From Candidatus Woykebacteria bacterium (GTDB lineage Bacteria; Patescibacteriota; Microgenomatia; Woykebacterales; RBG-16-39-9b), in contig JBBDPM010000001.1 in NCBI GenBank assembly GCA_040876345.1, forward strand, positions 270,313 to 334,312: a stretch of DNA of 64,000 nt. Direction: 5' to 3'. The notes under the pieces are model-generated. The model searched no databases and was not told where the DNA came from. It saw nothing but the letters and a program-made list of their open reading frames with translations. The first letter of the stretch is position 1. Every line of letters starts with the position of its first letter. The position numbers and the translations under genes are program-made. Below are positions 55,316 through 64,000 of the stretch, piece by piece.

Positions 55316-56752
55316 ATGGCAGGAAGATTTAAGGGACTAGCACTGACCTTTGACGATATTCTTCTTGAGCCTCAGGATAGCTCTGTTTTACCCTCACAAG
55401 TCCGTTTAGAAACTCAGATCACGAAAAAAATAAAAATAAATATACCGATTATTAGCGCTGCATCCGATACTGTTACTGAGTCTTCGATGGCAATTGCGAT
55501 GGCGAGAGCCGGTGGTCTTGGTGTAATTCACCGAAATCTATCCATTGAAGATCAAGCAAAGGAAGTGCGGCTTGTAAAAAGAAGTGAAAGCAGCTTGATA
55601 CAGGAGCCTATTACACTTCGGCCCCAAGCGAGTTTACAAGAAGCACTTGAGGTAATGAGTACCTATAAAATCTCGGGTGTTCCGGTAGTAAATGATAATA
55701 AATTAAAAGGAATTATTAGCGGTAGAGATCTAAGACTGGAAGCCGATTTAACTAAAAAAGTATCAGAGGTAATGACAAAAGAGGGGTTAATAACTGCCAA
55801 GCAGGGAACGACTCTTGAGGAAGCTGAGAAAATATTTAAGAAGCACAAAATTGAAAAACTTCCAATAGTGGATAAGGAAGGGAAACTAAATGGTTTGATA
55901 ACTTGGAGAGATCTCAACAAAATTAGAGAATTTCCGCTTGCCTGTAAGGATAAGTACGGAAGGCTGCTGGTTGCAGCCGCAATCGGAGTTGGGGAAGATA
56001 TGGAGAGTAGAGTCGGCGCGCTTGTTAATGAGGGAGTTGATATTTTAGTCATCGATACCGCCCATGGACATCACAAAAACGTCGTAAGTTCTATTCCTTT
56101 TTTGAAAAAAACTTTTCCCAAGGTTCAAATCATTGCTGGCAATATAGCCACAAGGGAAGCGGCGGAAAGCTTAATTAAAAAGGGAGCGGATGCTGTTAAA
56201 ATTGGCGTGGGTTCTGGTTCAATTTGTTCAACTCGTGATGTGGCTGGTGTTGGGGTACCGCAGTTTACGGCTGTTTTGGAATGTGCCAAAGTTGCTAATA
56301 GATACAAAGTGCCAGTAGTTGCCGATGGCGGTTTAGTTTATCCGGGGGATATGGTAAAAGCACTAGCGGCTGGTGCTTCTTGTGTAATGCTTGGTAATAT
56401 GTTGGCCGGCACGGACGAGTCTCCTGGGGAGGTTATAATCAATAGTGACGGCCGTCGTTTTAAGAGCTATCGCGGTATGGGGTCGTTTGAGGCAATTAAA
56501 GTGCGAGGACACGATAGATATTTCCAAAAAGAGGTGGAGGAAGGAGTTAGTGCTAGAGTCTCCTATAAAGGATCGGTCATAAATGTTGTCAGAAAGCTCT
56601 CCTCTTCTCTCAAAACAGCAATGGGATATTTCGGTGCTAAAGAGATAGGTAACCTTTGGGTAGTAAAGTACTGGCAAATTACTGGGGCCGGTATCCGAGA
56701 ATCTCACCCCCACTCGGTTATCTTAGATTCTAATACTGCCACCTTTAATTAA
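55316..56752 (+). CDS. guaB: IMP dehydrogenase
   Basis: LTFDDILL, CBS pair, DTAHG, GSGSICSTR, ADGG, YRGMGS. Confidence 0.96.
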   Translation: MAGRFKGLALTFDDILLEPQDSSVLPSQVRLETQITKKIKINIPIISAASDTVTESSMAIAMARAGGLGVIHRNLSIEDQAKEVRLVKRSESSLIQEPITLRPQASLQEALEVMSTYKISGVPVVNDNKLKGIISGRDLRLEADLTKKVSEVMTKEGLITAKQGTTLEEAEKIFKKHKIEKLPIVDKEGKLNGLITWRDLNKIREFPLACKDKYGRLLVAAAIGVGEDMESRVGALVNEGVDILVIDTAHGHHKNVVSSIPFLKKTFPKVQIIAGNIATREAAESLIKKGADAVKIGVGSGSICSTRDVAGVGVPQFTAVLECAKVANRYKVPVVADGGLVYPGDMVKALAAGASCVMLGNMLAGTDESPGEVIINSDGRRFKSYRGMGSFEAIKVRGHDRYFQKEVEEGVSARVSYKGSVINVVRKLSSSLKTAMGYFGAKEIGNLWVVKYWQITGAGIRESHPHSVILDSNTATFN

Positions 56753-58030
<1,278 letters not shown>

Positions 58031-58043
58031 ATTAGAGTCCCTA

Positions 58044-59654
58044 ATGAAAAATTCAAAAAGTGCCTTAATTAGTGTTTATAAAAAAACTAGTCAATTAATA
58101 ACTCTTGCACACAAACTCAAAGAATTGGGTTTTAGGATTTACGCAAGTGGAGGTACGGAAAAGTTCCTCTTAGGTAAAGATGTTGAGGTTGTTAACGTTG
58201 AAAAATTGACTGGATTTCCACCAATTCTCGACCACAGGGTAGTTACGCTTCACCCAAAAATCCACGCCGGCATTCTTTCCAAAAATACTAAAGAACATGA
58301 AGACGAATTGAAGATATTGAAAGTTTCTAAATTCGATTTAGTAATCGTTGATCTTTACCCTGTTTGGGAAGGGATAAAGTCTGGTAATCTAGAAAAAGTT
58401 TTAGATATGGTCGATATTGGTGGCCCAACAATGCTTCGTGCGGCCGCTAAGAATTTTAATAACGAAAGAATAGTAGTATGTGATATGAGCGATACAGCGT
58501 TAGTTGTTAGTCAATTAGAGAGTAACGGTCAGGTGGACTTTGAAGTAAGAAAGAAGCTTGCCGCAAAAGTTTTTAGTTTGATGGAAAAATACGATGGGGC
58601 AATAGCATCCTTTCTATCAAGCGATCCCGATAGGTTATCTGTCGACAAGTCAGACCGGACAATTGCTTTGAGTTTTAATCAGGGTAAAAAACTAAGATAC
58701 GGGGAAAATCCCCATCAGAAAGCTTGGGTTTACGCTGGTGAGTCGAATAAAGACCCACTGGCGATTCAAAAATTTAAACAGCTTCAAGGGAAAGAGTTGT
58801 CGTTTAACAACTACTTAGATATAGACGCTGCTATCAGTTGTTTATCCGAAGTTGGAGGCGCAAAACCCTCTTGTGTAATAATCAAACACACAAATCCAGC
58901 TGGATTTTCCCTCAAAAACTCTATCGAAAAAGCTTATGAATATGCTTGGTATGGAGGGGACCCACTTGCCGCTTTCGGAGGGGTTGTCGGAGTTAATCGT
59001 AATGTTACAAAAAATCTGGCCAAGGAAATGTTGCTTGGGAAAAACAAGGCGAAGAAGTTTTTTGAAGTTTTGATAGCGCCGAGCATTGATAAAGAAGCTT
59101 TGCAAGTTTTTTCTGAACGAAAAGACCTTAGAATTCTGGTTAATCCGTTTTTGAAAAATCCAAAACCTGCGAAAAATCCTGATTTTAAAAAAATTCGGGG
59201 TGGGATTTTGTATCAAGATGCAGATGTGAGGTACATCGGGGAAAAAGATCTGAAAGTGGTAACAAAGAAAAAACCAACAAAAAGAGAGATCAAGAATCTT
59301 CTTTTTGCTTGGAGGGTTGTCAAAATTTGTAAATCAAACGCTATTTGCCTTGTTAAAGATGATGTTTTGATTGCTTCTGGAGTAGGACAACAAGATCGTA
59401 AAGAGTCCTGCAAAATTGCAGTTGCAAAGGCGACTGACCCTAATCGGGGTAAGTCAAAAATGACTATAATTGACTCGGTCGCTGCCTCCGATGCCTTCTT
59501 TCCTTTCCCTGACGGGCCAGAAATTTTAATTAAGGCAGGTGTAAAGGCTATTATCCAACCAGGTGGTTCGATCCGCGATCAAGAAACGATAGATATTTGT
59601 AAACGCAACAACGTTGCTATGGTTTTTACCTCAACCCGTTCCTTTAGCCACTAA
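58044..59654 (+). CDS. purH: Bifunctional AICAR transformylase/IMP cyclohydrolase
   Basis: TLHP, DIGGPTMLRAAAKN, LRYGENPHQ, KHTNP, SDAFFPFPD, QPGGSIRD. Confidence 0.96.
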   Translation: MKNSKSALISVYKKTSQLITLAHKLKELGFRIYASGGTEKFLLGKDVEVVNVEKLTGFPPILDHRVVTLHPKIHAGILSKNTKEHEDELKILKVSKFDLVIVDLYPVWEGIKSGNLEKVLDMVDIGGPTMLRAAAKNFNNERIVVCDMSDTALVVSQLESNGQVDFEVRKKLAAKVFSLMEKYDGAIASFLSSDPDRLSVDKSDRTIALSFNQGKKLRYGENPHQKAWVYAGESNKDPLAIQKFKQLQGKELSFNNYLDIDAAISCLSEVGGAKPSCVIIKHTNPAGFSLKNSIEKAYEYAWYGGDPLAAFGGVVGVNRNVTKNLAKEMLLGKNKAKKFFEVLIAPSIDKEALQVFSERKDLRILVNPFLKNPKPAKNPDFKKIRGGILYQDADVRYIGEKDLKVVTKKKPTKREIKNLLFAWRVVKICKSNAICLVKDDVLIASGVGQQDRKESCKIAVAKATDPNRGKSKMTIIDSVAASDAFFPFPDGPEILIKAGVKAIIQPGGSIRDQETIDICKRNNVAMVFTSTRSFSH

Positions 59655-59752
59655 ATCTCCACCCTATAGTTCTTGACTTACGAACTTAATATTAATATAA
59701 TCGCTTTTAATCAGGACTCCTTCATGTAAACCGTAGATTTGAGGAGGAAGAG

Positions 59753-60124
59753 GTGGAAAGTACAAGAAATAGGGTCTACAAAGTGATCCGGCGAGAGGGT
59801 GATAGACTTTACTCCTCCTTTGCCCGGGCTTATTTATGGCGGTGCGAGTACAAAGTTGACGGTCGGACTATACCCAGAGGAGAATCGGTACTATTTGCTT
59901 TTCAGGACCTCGAGTCTGCCGAAAGCTACAGAGAATCGTTGGAGAAAAAGGCAGACATCGAAGTTTGGGAGGCGAAAGCAAGAGGGTGTTCATCAATCGG
60001 TAAGGTTGGCATCTATCCTTATGACTGGGTTGATTTTTGGGCCAAAGAGAAGGTTCCGAAGCAACCACCTCCTAAGGGTACGATTGCATGCGACTCCCTC
60101 CAGTTAGTTCAACGGGTGGCTTAA
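59753..60124 (+). CDS. Orphan hypothetical protein inside purine cluster
   Basis: 123-aa ORF with its own TTGACT/TATAAT-like promoter and GAGGAGG SD; higher GC than its neighbours. Confidence 0.6.
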   Translation: MESTRNRVYKVIRREGDRLYSSFARAYLWRCEYKVDGRTIPRGESVLFAFQDLESAESYRESLEKKADIEVWEAKARGCSSIGKVGIYPYDWVDFWAKEKVPKQPPPKGTIACDSLQLVQRVA

Positions 60125-60231
60125 TTTAGCGGTGGAAAGGAGAGAGCCATCCACCAGAATTTCCCCTTCACAATAAAAATTTTTTGTGCTATTTTATTTA
60201 TATGCTGCCGTGGGGCAGCTTGTATTTTTAA

Positions 60232-60915
60232 ATGACTAAAAACATTGCCATTCTTATCTCCGACAAAGGAACAGGAACAAATCTTCAAGCAATAATTGAT
60301 TTGTGCGAAAAAGACGAGATAAAAGGTCAAATCTGTGTGGTAGTTAGTAACACTTCAAATGCTTTGGGATTAGAAAGAGCCAAAAAGCACAAAATTCCAG
60401 CAGAAGTTTTTGGTTGGTCGCATTACAAAGAAGCTGGAAAAGGGCGTAACGAATATACTAAGGACTTAGCGGGGCTTTTGAAGGATAAATACAATCCTGA
60501 TTTAGTAGTTTTGGCTGGGTGGATCTTAATTTTGACGAAAGAGTTTTTTGAGATTTTCCCAAATGTTTTGAATATCCACCCGGGTTTAATACCGGACAAG
60601 GCTGGTTCTAAAGTTTATTTTCCAGACGGTAGAGAAGCCCCAACCAATGAAGAAATTCATACCGATGATGCAATTTCAGCATTTTTAGAGGGTGGTTACC
60701 AATATGCAGGATCCACAATTCACTTTGTTACTCCAAGTGTAGATTGGGGGCCAGTAGTTTTTCGGGATTTTGAAAAAATTGAGAAAGATGACACAGTTGA
60801 TACTTTATACACTAGATTAAAGAAAAAAGAGCACGCGATACTTATAAAAACAGTCTCACTTTTCTGCCAAGGAAAACTTTCTCTTGAAGATTCTAGTGTT
60901 AAAGTTCTAAAATAG
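60232..60915 (+). CDS. purN: Phosphoribosylglycinamide formyltransferase
   Basis: GTGTNLQAII, VLAGW, LNIHP, GSTIHFV...D.GP, EH. Confidence 0.92.
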   Translation: MTKNIAILISDKGTGTNLQAIIDLCEKDEIKGQICVVVSNTSNALGLERAKKHKIPAEVFGWSHYKEAGKGRNEYTKDLAGLLKDKYNPDLVVLAGWILILTKEFFEIFPNVLNIHPGLIPDKAGSKVYFPDGREAPTNEEIHTDDAISAFLEGGYQYAGSTIHFVTPSVDWGPVVFRDFEKIEKDDTVDTLYTRLKKKEHAILIKTVSLFCQGKLSLEDSSVKVLK

Positions 60916-60918
60916 ATT

Positions 60919-62229
60919 ATGAAAGTACTAGTGATAGGCGGTGGTGCTCGTGAACACGCTCTTGTTTCCAAATATATTGAAAGCTCTAAAGTAAGAAAAG
61001 TTTATTCTATTCCTGGTAATGGTCTAATGGATTATAAACCTGCGAAACCTGTCAAAATTTATCCCAGTATTAGTCCAACTGACAAAAGTTCTATTTGGGA
61101 AGTTATAAAACGTGAAAAAATCTACCTTGTTGATGTTGCACAAGACGATCCTTTGGCAGAAGGTATGGTGGATTTCCTTGAAGAGAAGGGTGTAGCAACG
61201 TTTGGTCCAACGAAACTTGCATCTCAAATTGAATGGAGTAAGGAGTGGTCCCGAAATTTCATGAGGGAGTACTCACTTCCTATTCCTCACTTTGCCTCTT
61301 TCACAAAAGCGCAAAAGGCAAAAGACTACCTAAAAAAGCTCCCCCAAGGAGTTTTTTTCGTTAAAGCATCCGGTCTTGCAGCCGGTAAAGGAGCTATTAG
61401 GGCTAATGATAAGTCGGAAGTAATAGAGGCAATTGATCAAATGAAAAGTTTTGGGAAATCAGGGGAGACTTTTTTGATTGAAGAGGCTTTAGTGGGCGAA
61501 GAAGTGTCAGTGTACGCTATTTCAGACGGGAAAAACTTCAAAATTTTGAAAGCGGCGCAAGATAATAAGACAGTCAATAACTTTGACGAAGGGCCGAATA
61601 CCGGTGGGATCGGCGCAAACGCCCCGGCTTTATTAGCCTCGAATAACAAGATTCAGAAAAAGGTAGAGGAAATCATTGTAAAAACAATAAAAGGTATGGA
61701 AAAAGAAGGAAGGCTGTATAAAGGGATATTATATCTTGGTTTGATCATTGATAAGAAAAAAAATCTAAAAATAATTGAGTTTAACGCGCGTTGGGGAGAC
61801 CCTGAAGCCCAGGTTGTTTTACCAGGGATTAAAAACGATTACTTGGAAGTTGCTACTTCGGTAATTGACGGTGAGTTGGATAAGTTAAAAATTTTGGAAG
61901 ATAAAAAAACAAGAGTATGCATAGTTGGTGCAAGTCGCGGGTATCCAGGGGACTATTCCAAAGTAAAAAATAAACAGATTTTTGGTATCGACGAAGCGCT
62001 AAAAACTCCTGGAGTTAGTATTTACGGTGCCGGACTTAGACGTGTAGGTACAAGGTTTTTTGCCAACGGTGGTCGATTATTTAACGTGGTCGGTGAAGGG
62101 AAAGATGTGGTTGAAGCAAGAGCCCGCGCTTATCAAGCTATTTCTCTAATTAACATCCAAGGCAACAATCTGCATTACCGAACGGATATTGGTTGGCGAG
62201 ATGTTGAAAGGATCTCTGCCTATGCTTGA
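60919..62229 (+). CDS. purD: Phosphoribosylamine--glycine ligase
   Basis: GGGAREHAL, GLAAGKG, GPNTGG, EFNARWGDPE, GGR, YRTDIG. Confidence 0.96.
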   Translation: MKVLVIGGGAREHALVSKYIESSKVRKVYSIPGNGLMDYKPAKPVKIYPSISPTDKSSIWEVIKREKIYLVDVAQDDPLAEGMVDFLEEKGVATFGPTKLASQIEWSKEWSRNFMREYSLPIPHFASFTKAQKAKDYLKKLPQGVFFVKASGLAAGKGAIRANDKSEVIEAIDQMKSFGKSGETFLIEEALVGEEVSVYAISDGKNFKILKAAQDNKTVNNFDEGPNTGGIGANAPALLASNNKIQKKVEEIIVKTIKGMEKEGRLYKGILYLGLIIDKKKNLKIIEFNARWGDPEAQVVLPGIKNDYLEVATSVIDGELDKLKILEDKKTRVCIVGASRGYPGDYSKVKNKQIFGIDEALKTPGVSIYGAGLRRVGTRFFANGGRLFNVVGEGKDVVEARARAYQAISLINIQGNNLHYRTDIGWRDVERISAYA

Positions 62230-63649
62230 AGATTCAAAGCCAAAAGAAGAATGTGGCGTCTTTGGGATATATGCCCCTGGAGAGGATGTAGCAAGGCTTG
62301 CTTTTTATGGTCTTTTTACACTCCAGCACCGTGGTCAGGAGAGCGCGGGTATAGGGGTGCTTGATGGGAAAAGATATTTTTTACATAAAAAAATGGGGTT
62401 GGTAAATCAAGTTTTTGATGAGGAGAGGATAGCAAAGATGCAAGGAAATATCGCAGTGGGGCACAATCGGTATTCTACTACCGGTACCAGTAATATCAAA
62501 AACGCTGGTCCTTTTGTGTCTCGTAGAAAAATGGAAACTTTTGTAGTTGCCCATAACGGAAACGTTGTTAATGCCGCAAGTCTAAAGAAAGTTCTGGAAA
62601 AAAAGGGCAAGAAATTTAAATCCACGTGCGATAGTGAGATACTTGCCGAATTAATTGCTGATTCAAAATATAAAGACCCAGTTAAAAAGATTTTCTCCAT
62701 GATGTATCGGGTTAGCGGTGCCTACAGTTTGGTTATCGGCACTAAAAACGAGCTTATTGGTGTGCGCGACCCCCTTGGTTTTCGTCCATTGTCTTTAGGT
62801 AAGTTGAACGGCTGGTACGTTCTAGCCTCCGAATCTTGTGCATTTTCCGCAATTGGCGCTTCTTTTATAAGAGAGATTGAACCGGGTGAGATGGTGGTTA
62901 TTAATTCTAAAGGCCTAAGCTCCTTTAGGTTTAGTGCTAAAAAAAGAGCTAGTTTTTGTATTTTCGAATATGTTTATCTAGCTCGTCCGGACTCGATATT
63001 AAATAATCAGTCCGTTTATTTGTCACGTGAAAATCTTGGTAAGCTTCTAGCCAAGGAGCATCCAGCCGAAGCTGATATTGTGATAGCAGTTCCGGACTCT
63101 GGAGTTGCCGCAGCTATTGGCTATTCTCAAGAATCTGGCCTTCCTTATCGCGAAGGCCTAATTAAAAATAGGTACATAGCCAGAACTTTTATTCTACCTG
63201 ATCAGAGAATGCGGGATTTAGGTGTAAAAATGAAACTTTCACCCTTGTCAGAAGTTGTTTCGGGTAAAAGAGTTGTTTTGGTTGATGATTCAATTGTAAG
63301 AGGCACAACTTCACTCAAAATAATAAGACTTCTTAAAGAAGCTGGTGCAAAAAAAGTGCATGTCAGAATCTCTTCACCTCCAATTAAAAACCCCTGCTAT
63401 TACGGTGTGGATATGCCAAATAGAGAGGATTTTATTGCTAACGAGCGTGGGGTTGAGGAAATTAGAAGGTTTATTGAGGCAGATTCTTTAGGATATTTGT
63501 CCGTCGAAAATATGATTAAAGCAACTGGAGAGTCCGAAAATTCAGTTTGTGCAGCTTGTTTTACGGGCAGATACCCGCTAAAAGGAGAGTTTTTGAACGA
63601 AATTAATAAGGAAACACTAGAGAAGAAGCTGGAAGGCGCAATATTATAG
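62222..63649 (+). CDS. purF: Amidophosphoribosyltransferase (propeptide and Fe-S type)
   Basis: EECGVFG, QHRGQESAG, HNRYST, VDDSIVRGTT, CAACFTG. Confidence 0.96.
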   Translation: MLEDSKPKEECGVFGIYAPGEDVARLAFYGLFTLQHRGQESAGIGVLDGKRYFLHKKMGLVNQVFDEERIAKMQGNIAVGHNRYSTTGTSNIKNAGPFVSRRKMETFVVAHNGNVVNAASLKKVLEKKGKKFKSTCDSEILAELIADSKYKDPVKKIFSMMYRVSGAYSLVIGTKNELIGVRDPLGFRPLSLGKLNGWYVLASESCAFSAIGASFIREIEPGEMVVINSKGLSSFRFSAKKRASFCIFEYVYLARPDSILNNQSVYLSRENLGKLLAKEHPAEADIVIAVPDSGVAAAIGYSQESGLPYREGLIKNRYIARTFILPDQRMRDLGVKMKLSPLSEVVSGKRVVLVDDSIVRGTTSLKIIRLLKEAGAKKVHVRISSPPIKNPCYYGVDMPNREDFIANERGVEEIRRFIEADSLGYLSVENMIKATGESENSVCAACFTGRYPLKGEFLNEINKETLEKKLEGAIL

Positions 63650-63720
63650 ATTGATAAACGCTTTACTTTAGTTTAAATTAAAGCTGAAAATTTAAAACTG
63701 CCTAAAGGGCGGTTTTTTGG

Positions 63721-64000
63721 ATGAAAATATCTAAAGTATATGTTAGCGATAAAGAAGGATTTAGCAGTAAACTAAAGAGGAGTATTGATAATCTTGGTAT
63801 TAAGGGTATTGAAAGTGTTAGGGAATTTAGTGTTTTTTGGCTTGCTCAAGCTTCGATAAAAGATCTGAACGTTTTATCTGCAAAACTTCTTCACAGTAGT
63901 TTCACTCAGGAAGTTTTCATAAATACTATACCCAAAAGTTTAACTAAAGGAGCGTTGAAGGTAGAGGTTGTATCAGATTTGGGTGTTATCGATCCACGAG
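63721..64000 (+). CDS. Probable N-terminus of FGAM synthase (PurS-like domain/PurL), runs off window
   Basis: Open frame MKISKVYVSDKEG...KVEVVSDLGVIDPR; VEV....GV.DP resembles the PurS motif; purine cluster context. Confidence 0.55.
   Translation, partial: MKISKVYVSDKEGFSSKLKRSIDNLGIKGIESVREFSVFWLAQASIKDLNVLSAKLLHSSFTQEVFINTIPKSLTKGALKVEVVSDLGVIDPR

Overview
AT-rich bacterial chromosomal window using the standard code (TGA acts as stop). Gene content and style suggest a Patescibacteria/CPR, Microgenomates-like genome; this is inference. In order it holds: the end of a surface-polysaccharide cluster (wecB, GT4s, Wzy/WaaL-like, manC, priming transferase, DUF4012-like); recO; an uncalled csrA; glyS; a three-gene citrate-cleaving module (ACL/CCS-CCL); a near-complete dcw cluster (mraZ to ftsZ) broken by accessory islets; pyrG; MerR/HspR-like and KGG-repeat stress genes; ileS with a GVHH motif; rodA; rplU-rpmA; parB; lepB; tRNA-Val(CAC); and a de novo purine cluster. 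Most notable: (1) five copies of a membrane-anchored protein family with conserved ends, a variable core and a DNA-level conserved 3' end, linked to heptamer repeats, palindromes and toxin-antitoxin modules; (2) CsrA with a hairpin-loop GGA site in its own leader, plus GC-rich, SD-led orphan islets sharing a GGAAAGGAG motif, in a region where many housekeeping genes look leaderless; (3) a pyrG leader with the layout of CTP-sensing reiterative-transcription attenuation.
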